58,686 bases of DNA from a virus (IMGVR_UViG_3300045988_070061:1-58686), one strand, 5' to 3'; shown: positions 8,571-15,633, numbered from the stretch's first letter. Notes: a model not told the origin generated them from the sequence alone. Translations and numbers: made by a program.

Positions 8571-8786
8571 ATGATAGCTTATAAAATAGATGTGCTGGAA
8601 ACATTGAAAGATGCCGGATATAATACAACCAGATTAAGGAAAGAAAAGCTTTTAAATGAAAGCGCAATACAGTATTTAAGGGACGGGAAACCAGTTGGAG
8701 CTAAGGCATTAAATAACATATGTATGTTGCTGGATATGCAACCGGGGAACATTATCAAATATGTAGAAGAAGAAAACACGAAATAA
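8571..8786 (+). CDS. Small HTH (XRE/Cro-like) regulator
   Basis: 71 aa, GYNTTRLRKEKLLNESAIQYLRDGK... helix-turn-helix pattern, flanked by operator-bearing promoters. Confidence 0.6.
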   Translation: MIAYKIDVLETLKDAGYNTTRLRKEKLLNESAIQYLRDGKPVGAKALNNICMLLDMQPGNIIKYVEEENTK

Positions 8787-8809
8787 AATGTAAATAGGAT
8801 AAAACAAAG

Positions 8810-8861
8810 TACATGAAAAAAGATGTAAAAAGCTATTGACAATTACATGAAATATAATGTA
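8810..8861. promoter_or_regulatory. Operator copies TACATGAAAAAAGATGTA and TACATGAAATATAATGTA
   Basis: Two 18-nt copies of the motif seen at 8417-8468. The second lies in the promoter spacer. Confidence 0.55.
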
Positions 8862-8865
8862 TAAT
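8836..8865 (+). promoter_or_regulatory. Rightward sigma-70-type promoter
   Basis: TTGACA-18 nt-TATAAT. Confidence 0.6.
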
Positions 8866-8914
8866 AATGCTTGTAAGGAACAGAAAAAATAGATTCAAGA
8901 GAGGAGAATAGAAA

Positions 8915-9157
8915 ATGAAAATAGAGGAACTTAGAAAAAGTCTTGTAGAAGCAGGATTCTACAAAAAAGAAGACATCGAGAAAATTTGCAGACTCGAAGC
9001 TGCATACATGGATGAATGCGAGGAGATCGCAGATCAGTGTGAGTTGGAAGGTTATCCAGCAAACGGCAGTAACTACGATCTCAGATGTTCGGAAGCTCGT
9101 AAATATTATGATGAACAATTGGAGTTAATTGATTCAAAGTATGAGGAGGAAGAATGA
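8915..9157 (+). CDS. Hypothetical acidic protein
   Basis: 80-aa ORF with a GAGAGGAG RBS. Confidence 0.55.
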   Translation: MKIEELRKSLVEAGFYKKEDIEKICRLEAAYMDECEEIADQCELEGYPANGSNYDLRCSEARKYYDEQLELIDSKYEEEE

Positions 9158-9537
9158 CAATCGAAGAAATTAGAAATCTGATCGGTGAAGCGGAATATGC
9201 TTACATCGGAATCAGAGCAGACGACAGGGATTACCAGATCGGTGAAGTGATGGATAACTCGCATCAGCTCTTTCAGGATCCCCAGTATACAGACTTTGAA
9301 TGCACAGAGTTGTTATATCCATACATTTCAGACGGTCCTTATGCCGGATTCTACGACGGTGGAGAACTTGACGGCACATGTGCACTTGAAGTATCTGAGA
9401 ACAACATTGAAGAGAAGCTTGAAGCTGTGAGAAATTACGGAGAAAAAATCTACTTAATCGGTGGGAACTCAATGGAATACGGAAATGACGTTGACGAAAT
9501 CATTATCAGAGATGCAGAAGTTATTGCAGTATTGTAA
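9154..9537 (+). CDS. Hypothetical acidic protein
   Basis: 127-aa ORF with an ATGA overlap to the upstream gene. Confidence 0.55.
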   Translation: MTIEEIRNLIGEAEYAYIGIRADDRDYQIGEVMDNSHQLFQDPQYTDFECTELLYPYISDGPYAGFYDGGELDGTCALEVSENNIEEKLEAVRNYGEKIYLIGGNSMEYGNDVDEIIIRDAEVIAVL

Positions 9538-9593
9538 TAAAAAAATGAGAAAGTATGGAAGATATAAACGAAATTACAAAAAAACAGGAGGAA

Positions 9594-10022
9594 ATGAAGA
9601 TGAAAAAATATGATTTAGTAAAAAGAACGGCAGAAATTAAGTATAAAGATAGAAAAGAAATTGAAGAAGGATGCACGGCTTTTGACGATTCGCCGGAATA
9701 TATAAAAACATTCGATACACTAGAGGAAGCGAAAAAGGAACTTGCAAAACGTAAAACAGATGTTAGCAAATTTTCTTACCACGGAATGACATTCTACAAG
9801 GTTGAAGAGTATGTAATTGAAGAAAATGAATTTGAATATGACGAAGACGAAAACAAATTTGTGCAGACAGATTTTATTGACACGTTAGAAAGCACAGAGA
9901 TGAAAATTGAAGTCGTTGAAATACCTAGCCATGAAACAATAGCGATCTGCTCAAGCCTGGAAGAAGCGGAAGAAGCGGAAGACAATTACGATGGCGAAAA
10001 CGAAACACGCATAATGATTTAA
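9594..10022 (+). CDS. Hypothetical very acidic protein
   Basis: ORF 9555-10022. CAGGAGGA favours ATG 9594. Confidence 0.5.
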   Translation: MKMKKYDLVKRTAEIKYKDRKEIEEGCTAFDDSPEYIKTFDTLEEAKKELAKRKTDVSKFSYHGMTFYKVEEYVIEENEFEYDEDENKFVQTDFIDTLESTEMKIEVVEIPSHETIAICSSLEEAEEAEDNYDGENETRIMI

Positions 10023-10057
10023 TAAAGCATTTTAGACAGTCCTGCAGGACTGCTCAG

Positions 10058-10135
10058 ATTACGTTTAAGGGCAAAAACTATTATCTTGGAAGATATGACG
10101 ATATAGAAGACGCAGCCAGCAACGATAAACCATAA
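10058..10135 (+). pseudogene. Remnant of an AP2-type DNA-binding domain (decayed HNH/AP2 homing-endonuclease-like gene)
   Basis: The startless frame reads ITFKGKNYYLGRYDDIEDAASNDKP*, the Kxx-YLGxF/Y-x-x-EEAA core of phage AP2 domains. Confidence 0.35.
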
Positions 10136-10188
10136 CGCAAGGCGTACCGCATTAGCGGAATAAAAATATATTTGCGGAGGTAGCAAGA

Positions 10189-10542
10189 ATGGAAATTAGC
10201 AAAAATCCAGAAAGAGAAGAATTAAAAAGAAGCGTACAAATGTTCATGTTTGGCGTAGAAAAAAGAGTGCGAAGTGGTTATAAAATTGCTCTTTTTGAGC
10301 ACACACAATACGACAAGGAAAATGATAAACATGTCTTTGTCGGTCTTGAGCTTCGATTGATCGAGGCTGATTATAGTGGTGGAGATTATACAGAAATCTG
10401 CAATGTAAATACGCTCGACCGCATTCGCTATGATATTGACGGCGAATATTATGACCGTGCAGATATCGAAAAAATGATCATTGACAAAGTCTATAAATTA
10501 CTGGGAGAATATGCGGAGTATGCCAAGAATAAGAGAATGTAG
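10189..10542 (+). CDS. Hypothetical protein
   Basis: 117-aa ORF with a GCGGAGGT RBS. Confidence 0.55.
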   Translation: MEISKNPEREELKRSVQMFMFGVEKRVRSGYKIALFEHTQYDKENDKHVFVGLELRLIEADYSGGDYTEICNVNTLDRIRYDIDGEYYDRADIEKMIIDKVYKLLGEYAEYAKNKRM

Positions 10543-10822
10543 CATTTGTGGTCGTGAATTTCTGTCTGTAAATGGCGTCCAAGTATGCAGCGAAGAGTGC
10601 AGACAGGCGCGGAAGAAGCGACAGGACAGTTTCGGGAATTTCCGGCGTTACAACAAGCTATCTAATACACCAATAGATAAAGTGTGTCCTGTGTGCGGTA
10701 ATAATTTCCAAGGATTACGGGAGATATATTGCAGTCCAGAATGTAGCAGAAGAGCTAGAGAAAGAGCGGTCAAAGAAAATTCTAAACAATATTATCAGGA
10801 TCACAAGAAAGACAGTCAATAA
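10511..10822 (+). CDS. Double zinc-ribbon basic protein
   Basis: Two CxxC...C(S)xEC units (CSICG...CSEEC and CPVCG...CSPEC). The start is uncertain (10511 or 10520). Confidence 0.45.
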   Translation: MRSMPRIRECSICGREFLSVNGVQVCSEECRQARKKRQDSFGNFRRYNKLSNTPIDKVCPVCGNNFQGLREIYCSPECSRRARERAVKENSKQYYQDHKKDSQ

Positions 10823-10836
10823 TGGCTGTCTTTTTC
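10810..10836 (+). terminator. Rho-independent terminator
   Basis: 8-bp stem AGACAGTC/GGCTGTCT plus T5, overlapping the stop codon. Confidence 0.6.
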
Positions 10837-10866
10837 TGTGCCTGGATTCCAATAATTCATAAAATG

Positions 10867-10910
10867 TAACGTTACATATAACGCAACAACTAACGCAAAA
10901 TCTAACGTTA
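10867..10910. repeat. Four TAACG(T/C)(T/A)A boxes phased exactly 12 bp apart
   Basis: Boxes start at 10867, 10879, 10891 and 10903. The outer two are palindromic TAACGTTA, and the first sits in the 12-bp palindrome TGTAACGTTACA. Confidence 0.7.
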
Positions 10911-10917
10911 ATTGCTC

Positions 10918-10959
10918 TATATCTTATATCTTATTCTATAATCTATATTATAATAATAC
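10918..10959. repeat. Degenerate heptad tandem repeat (TATATCT x2, then variants) in a very AT-rich tract
   Basis: TATATCT TATATCT TATTCTA TAATCTA TATTATA ATAATAC. Confidence 0.55.
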
Positions 10960-11053
10960 AGTATATTATAAGCCTATACAGTAGAGGTATATATTTAATA
11001 ATTATAGTTATATATAATATATACAAGGGCGAAATATATTTTTAAATTTAATA

Positions 11054-11089
11054 TTGACATATGGGTGTAAAGAGGTTAATATATTAACC
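11054..11089 (+). promoter_or_regulatory. Candidate late promoter overlapped by a 16-bp perfect palindrome
   Basis: TTGACA-17 nt-TAATAT. The palindrome GGTTAATATATTAACC (11074-11089) covers the -10. Confidence 0.45.
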
Positions 11090-11152
11090 AGACAAAGCGA
11101 ATAGGCAGTATATAGCCAGATTATAATATATACAACTCTTGGTAGTCTTATC

Positions 11153-11205
11153 AGACCGTGACCCGTTGCAAAACGTAACTTGCAATTGGTGGCGGTCTTT
11201 TTTTA
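11153..11205 (+). terminator. Long hairpin plus U-tract in the leader of the packaging operon
   Basis: AGACCG/CGGTCT outer stem and TTGCAA/TTGCAA inner stem, followed by T7-8. It lies between the candidate promoter and TerS. Confidence 0.55.
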
Positions 11206-11232
11206 TTTATATTTTAGTGTTTGGAGGTGAAC

Positions 11233-11835
11233 ATGATGAAAGATAATACAGTAACTACAGTAGATGGAGTTGAAGTATATACAAGTCAAATAACAGAGAT
11301 AGCAGATAGATATATAGCTGATCTGGAAGATATAGACAGTATATACACCTATGAAGTATTTACAGATCTATTGTTATATATTTCTGACAATATGACACCT
11401 CTTGATAACTACAATGATATTACGGTATTAGATAATCTATTTAATATATACAAGAGATTATGTAGTAAGTATAGAGTATTACCAACATTATATGATTTTA
11501 GCATGATGATTAATATAGATCCTAGCACTATAACTAGATGGATGAATGGAGAAACAAGGGGCGGGCTAACCTCTGAACACTGCAAGACGGCTAAAAAATG
11601 GAAACAGTATTGTGCTGGTAGATTAGCGTCGAATTTGAGTAACTCTAAGGGCACGGATGCCAACAAGATATTCATTGCCAAGGCTGCTTACGGCATGGCA
11701 GAAACGAAAGCAGTAGAGCAAGAGCAGATCACCGGAGCTACAAAGACGGTCAAACAGATAGCAAAGGAAATTGGAGCGGACGAGTTGCCAGACTTTGGAG
11801 ATCAGGAAGACGATGCAGACGCATTTGATTTCTAA
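11233..11835 (+). CDS. terS: Terminase small subunit (putative)
   Basis: GGAGG RBS. An HTH-like STITRWMNG, and a C-terminal ...ANKIFIAKAAYGMAE resembling the FLLKN-x-G-type motif of small terminases. Confidence 0.55.
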   Translation: MMKDNTVTTVDGVEVYTSQITEIADRYIADLEDIDSIYTYEVFTDLLLYISDNMTPLDNYNDITVLDNLFNIYKRLCSKYRVLPTLYDFSMMINIDPSTITRWMNGETRGGLTSEHCKTAKKWKQYCAGRLASNLSNSKGTDANKIFIAKAAYGMAETKAVEQEQITGATKTVKQIAKEIGADELPDFGDQEDDADAFDF

Positions 11836-12133
11836 ACAATTCGATAAATAATCAGATAACTTATTGAATTGTACAGAATGACATGATTACATCAAAATAT
11901 CAATACTGATTAGTATAAAATCATACACTGAAAGAGATATATCTATTTAACAAACAGTCATTTGTTGTATAGATACATATGTTCGATTGAATGGTAGCAG
12001 ATTTGATGCGTTTATATGGTACCTGGGGCGGGGGTCTACAGAGAAAAGGACCCGGGGTACTTCTAACCCCCAAAAATAACGACCAAAAACAAAAAGGACC
12101 TTTATCAACAACACCTATCAGGAGGAATTCTTA

Positions 12134-12328
12134 ATGAACGATATTTTGGATGCACTCAAGTTTGTGAAACCAACATACTTAGTCAAAACAGACAAGGATA
12201 TATATCGCATACAGGCCAGTACCTGTTCAATCGATACTGATTTGAAAATCATTTGCTTTTACGATAAAGGATCTGTACAGGCTATGTTTCGTGTGGATGA
12301 TGTAAAAACTTTTTATAAAATCATCTGA
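12134..12328 (+). CDS. Hypothetical protein
   Basis: 64-aa ORF with a CAGGAGGA RBS. Confidence 0.5.
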   Translation: MNDILDALKFVKPTYLVKTDKDIYRIQASTCSIDTDLKIICFYDKGSVQAMFRVDDVKTFYKII

Positions 12329-12341
12329 TGGAGGGAGAGAT

Positions 12342-12566
12342 ATGTTGATCAAAATCACAGCAATGCTCATTGTTTTGACAATAGCATTTACAATAACCGG
12401 AAAAGCCTATTGTAAATCGCTGAATGATACTCACAAATTATTATTTAGCATCGGTCATTTTACAAAAGGCGAACAGATATTTCTCTTCATCGTGGCTGCC
12501 ATTTACTTTTCGACTTTCCTGTCGGTAATTGCAACAGCATTCTACATGATTTTCAAATTCTTGTAG
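12342..12566 (+). CDS. Small membrane protein (2 TM)
   Basis: 74 aa with two hydrophobic helices. Confidence 0.5.
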   Translation: MLIKITAMLIVLTIAFTITGKAYCKSLNDTHKLLFSIGHFTKGEQIFLFIVAAIYFSTFLSVIATAFYMIFKFL

Positions 12567-12585
12567 ATCCTTAGGAGGTTTAGTG

Positions 12586-12876
12586 ATGGGTGAAAAAGAT
12601 ACTGGAACGCGGACGTTATACATGATGGACTCTAACGGACAAAAATATGAATTGGGCGGACTTCAGGAACAAGACAATAGAATACTTATTCACGGTGACT
12701 CTGATGAATATTTGAAAAATGCATCTAGTAGTGGTTCGTTTACCTGTGAAATTAATATTGAAAATCTGAAACACATATTTGGAACATTGGGTGAATTACT
12801 TGCCAAAGTAACTCAAAACAATAACTGGCGAAAACTTCACGGTTTGCCAATGAGGAGAAGAAAATGGTTAAGATAA
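12586..12876 (+). CDS. Hypothetical protein
   Basis: AGGAGG lies 7 nt before ATG 12586. Basic C-terminus NNWRKLHGLPMRRRK. Confidence 0.5.
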   Translation: MGEKDTGTRTLYMMDSNGQKYELGGLQEQDNRILIHGDSDEYLKNASSSGSFTCEINIENLKHIFGTLGELLAKVTQNNNWRKLHGLPMRRRKWLR

Positions 12877-13019
12877 TTTGTTTTATTGGAAATTTGATAT
12901 TACTTTGTATCTGTGCAGCTATGCTTTATCAGTTCATTCGCAATAAAGAACCGAAGTTCTCATGCTTCATGGCTGGATACATGTTGTTGATGGCAATTGT
13001 TAACTGTTTACGCATATAA
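12864..13019 (+). CDS. Small membrane protein (51 aa, 2 TM)
   Basis: GAGGAG RBS, ATG 12864. Below the ORF-track cutoff. Confidence 0.4.
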   Translation: MVKIICFIGNLILLCICAAMLYQFIRNKEPKFSCFMAGYMLLMAIVNCLRI

Positions 13020-13039
13020 CAGGTGGTGGTGAAAGATAA

Positions 13040-13186
13040 ATGTTTGTAATATTCGTTGGCGCATTAGCCGTATTTTTGATAATTGGAATGCTTTTGGCTT
13101 GGGTAGGAAATAAAGTTCTACTTGCAATCCTTAAAGATAATGCAAAAGCAGAAAAAGAAATTGAAGAAAGGAAAAAGGACGAATGA
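13040..13186 (+). CDS. Small membrane-anchored protein (48 aa)
   Basis: One TM helix plus a K/E-rich tail. Its stop overlaps the SPFH gene ATG (ATGA). Confidence 0.4.
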   Translation: MFVIFVGALAVFLIIGMLLAWVGNKVLLAILKDNAKAEKEIEERKKDE

Positions 13187-14043
13187 AGAAAGTCATAGTA
13201 ACAGTTGTTGCGATAGCAGCAGTTATTGGAGCGGTCTTTACTGTAAAATCCTGTAAGTTGATTAAAACCGGGCAAACCGGAATCGTCTACACATACAGAG
13301 ATGGAGTCCAGGATCAGACGCTTTCACCGGGATTAAATTTTGTCGGGCCAATGAAAAAAGTAAAACAGTTCTCGACAAGTAATGAAATTCTGGTAATGTC
13401 AAAAGACAAGAGAGAGGGTAGCAAAAAAAACGAAGCTTTTAAAGTGGCAACTTCTGATGATGCAAGTATTGCAGTAAGTTTTCAGATGTCATACCGTTAC
13501 AACCCAGACACGCTTGTTGATACATACAAGAAGTTCAAGGGGATGGACGGTGACGAGATTGTAGAAAGCCGTGTGAAACCGGTTTTGAAATCAAAAATCT
13601 CAGAAATTACAACGGATTATTCAATGATGGATATCTATTCTGGAAATCGTTCAAAGCTAAACACAGAGCTGACGAAATACCTCAACAAAGAATTTTCTAA
13701 GAAATATGGCATTGAAGTGCTGGATGCATCAATCATTGATGTTCACCCAGACAGCAAGCTTAAGAAAGCGATTGACAATCGTGTGACAGCTTTACAAGAG
13801 AAGCAGCAAGCAGAAGCCGAACAGCAGAAGATTAAGGTACAGACAGAGACTAAAAAGATTAAAGCAGAAGCGGACGCTCAGATTAAGATCACGGAGGCTC
13901 AGGCAGAAGCTGAATCAAACAGAGTTATATCTGAATCGTTATCTCAGAACCTTATTGATTTCACGACAGCTAAGGCTCGATTGAAACATGGATGGATCAC
14001 ATCTCAGGGTGTAAGCACAGTTGTGAAAGACGCCGGAAATTAA
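13183..14043 (+). CDS. SPFH/Band-7 (prohibitin/HflC-like) domain membrane protein
   Basis: N-terminal TM helix, then GIVYTY...LSPGLNFVGP...VATSDDASIAVSFQMSYRY SPFH core, then an A/E/Q-rich coiled coil. Confidence 0.65.
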   Translation: MKKVIVTVVAIAAVIGAVFTVKSCKLIKTGQTGIVYTYRDGVQDQTLSPGLNFVGPMKKVKQFSTSNEILVMSKDKREGSKKNEAFKVATSDDASIAVSFQMSYRYNPDTLVDTYKKFKGMDGDEIVESRVKPVLKSKISEITTDYSMMDIYSGNRSKLNTELTKYLNKEFSKKYGIEVLDASIIDVHPDSKLKKAIDNRVTALQEKQQAEAEQQKIKVQTETKKIKAEADAQIKITEAQAEAESNRVISESLSQNLIDFTTAKARLKHGWITSQGVSTVVKDAGN

Positions 14044-14123
14044 GAATGTGTCAGTAAAGACGATAAAATCTAGTGCAACGCATGGCACGAAAAATATTAT
14101 TGCTAACCGTCAGAGGGCGGTTT

Positions 14124-14230
14124 CGGATAGTGACCGAGAGGAAAGGTTGTGGCAAAACTCAGCAACAAGGGATGGTAGCTCGCTGAAATGCGAGGGACTG
14201 AGTTCGCGGGTTCGAATCCCGCCTATCCGA
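14124..14230 (+). ncRNA. Oversized tRNA-like RNA (about 107 nt)
   Basis: Perfect 7-bp acceptor CGGATAG/CTATCCG, class-II-like D arm ACCGAGAGGAAAGGT and T arm GCGGG-TTCGAAT-CCCGC. The central 58 nt lack any 5-bp/7-nt anticodon arm. Instead there is a 6-bp helix ACTCAG/CTGAGT enclosing the hairpin CTCGC-TGAAAT-GCGAG. Confidence 0.45.
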
Positions 14231-14378
14231 TGTGGTGAAACTCAACTCAGTATCTTTGCGGAGAACTGGCAGTGACAGGCTGTAGCCGAACGTGAGCGCA
14301 GTAGTGGGTATACACATGAAAAATCACGGAACCTGTTTTATGGGAGATGACAGTTCAGCAAAAACGCACCTCCGGCAT

Positions 14379-14459
14379 TGGTGGATATGCAAGTGGACAA
14401 AGCAAGCTGACTGTAAATCAGTTCCTTCGGGTTCGTGAGTTCGTATCTCACTCCACCAA
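14379..14459 (+). tRNA. tRNA-Tyr(GTA), class II
   Basis: Hand fold: acceptor TGGTGGA/TCCACCA, anticodon arm GCTGA-CTGTAAA-TCAGT, 12-nt variable arm, T arm GTGAG-TTCGTAT-CTCAC. Confidence 0.85.
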
Positions 14460-14544
14460 TTCTCCGAGCGTAGCATTGGAGAACTCCTTCCTTGAGTAGA
14501 TACATACGCTTCTTGATATATGGCGGTATATTGAGAAGCACTCA

Positions 14545-14627
14545 GCCGTATTGACAGAATGGTAATGTAGCCGGTTGCTAGCCGGTCAGTCGGAAACGAC
14601 TTGGAGGTTCGAATCCTTCATACGGCG
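14545..14627 (+). tRNA. tRNA-Ser(GCT), class II
   Basis: Acceptor GCCGTAT/ATACGGC, anticodon arm GCCGG-TTGCTAG-CCGGT, variable hairpin GTCG-GAAA-CGAC, T arm GGAGG-TTCGAAT-CCTTC. Confidence 0.85.
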
Positions 14628-14632
14628 GTTAT

Positions 14633-14781
14633 GCTATCATAGCTCAATTGGTAGAGCAGTTACAGATATTGAGGTGGTAAAGCGGTGCAACCACACACCA
14701 GTTTGGTTAAAAGAGATCCGGGGAATGCGCCACCCGGCAATATCGTGCAACAGGTTCCCGGTTCGATTCCGGGCGGTAGCT
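14633..14781 (+). ncRNA. Oversized tRNA-like RNA (about 149 nt) with an ~83-nt structured insertion in the anticodon arm
   Basis: Acceptor GCTATCA/CGGTAGC (6 of 7 pairs), canonical D arm GCTC-AATTGGTA-GAGC and T arm CCCGG-TTCGATT-CCGGG. The anticodon stem GTTAC/GCAAC is extended by a 7-bp helix GATATTG/CAATATC that leads to three hairpins. Confidence 0.45.
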
Positions 14782-15561
14782 TTAGAAAACATGATTAACT
14801 CAGTGCAGATGGATTTTTCAGTCTTGCTGAGATGCAATGGTAATGAGATAGGTTTGGTTCGGGATACTGGATCGGCTGATTCTTTTTGGCAGAAGTGATT
14901 CTGTTGGAGAAGATGAACATCATCAACAATGCCTTGCAGTGTATCATCATAGAGAAGTCAATAGCAGAATCCTTGTGGTCGGCGAATAATAGACGTCTGC
15001 AGTGCAGAAATAATCCAGTGATGTGAGTGGTGTGAGAGACTACGGACTAACTGGAAATTCTCAATAAGCTGATTTGCCTTGAATCTGAGAAATCGGAGTA
15101 TAACACAAGAGGTTCGTTAAAGTAGCGGTATGGCAAGTTCTTGAATAAGATATTGGAAATCAAAATATGATTGATGTGTCCAAAAGAAAAATCTGAAAGA
15201 ACCGTGAAATTTATGGGTATCAATCCCATGCGTGCTTAGACAGTGGTAGGAAGCCAAGAGTCGCTATCGAAAGCTCAGACCTATCATCACAGTGGCAGAA
15301 TATGACTTTTACTGTGATGAATAAGAGGAAACTCTAATCATGTTTTTCTTATTCTTATCATTAAAAGCCGGAAATTTGCAACGTCTTCCGGTAAATGAAG
15401 TGTTTTAGTTGCGGTATCACTTCAAAAAAGTATGTAGCAATAAAATATTGTAGTATAGCACTCAATGTTATTAAATATTGTTTTTTCAACAAAAAGAACC
15501 GTAACAGAGGTGGCAATATGGGAACACCAATACTCACCGTATAACTATTGCCATCTGCTAA
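14782..15561 (+). ncRNA. 780-nt ORF-free segment flanked by tRNAs: candidate large structured ncRNA (ROOL/GOLLD class), unverified
   Basis: No credible ORF on either strand in an otherwise gene-dense genome. Several strong local helices, for example the 10-bp TCATCACAGT/ACTGTGATGA (15284-15320), CCGGAA/TTCCGG (15368-15390) and GGCAATA/TATTGCC (15512-15552). The strand is assumed from the neighbouring tRNAs. Confidence 0.3.
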
Positions 15562-15633
15562 CGGAACGTAGCTCAGTGGTAGAGCAGTGGTCTTTTAAGC
15601 CATGTGTCGGAGGTTCGATACCTCCCGTTCCGA
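15562..15633 (+). tRNA. tRNA-Lys(TTT)
   Basis: Acceptor CGGAACG/CGTTCCG, D arm GCTC-AGTGGTA-GAGC, anticodon loop CTTTTAA, T arm GGAGG-TTCGATA-CCTCC. Confidence 0.85.

Noticed and set aside
10860-11050. Repeat-rich AT tract considered as a degenerate CRISPR-like array
   Set aside because: The units are 8-nt boxes at 12-bp phasing plus 7-nt heptads. There is no repeat-spacer architecture.
12018-12075. GC-rich two-helix hairpin (GTACC...GGGTC / GACCC...GGTAC) in the 300-nt gap after terS, considered as a cos site or sRNA
   Set aside because: It is only a local GC spike with modest pairing. There is no evidence for termini or for a transcript, and it cannot be supported from sequence alone.
14124-14781. 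The odd tRNA-like genes as suppressor tRNAs indicating stop-codon recoding of late genes
   Set aside because: Terminase, portal, capsid, tape measure and the fibre genes are all intact long ORFs in the standard code. Neither RNA shows a canonical anticodon loop with a CUA, UCA or UUA anticodon.
14048-15229. ORF-track entries 14048-14275, 14338-14541, 14575-14898 and 15047-15229
   Set aside because: They run straight through hand-folded tRNA or tRNA-like genes, or through the non-coding tract. They have no RBS and implausible composition.
15340-15408. 22-codon ORF with an AGAGGA RBS-like sequence inside the non-coding tract
   Set aside because: It is too short and has a 10-nt spacing. It cannot be distinguished from chance, and is mentioned only because it could be an alternative explanation for part of the tract.
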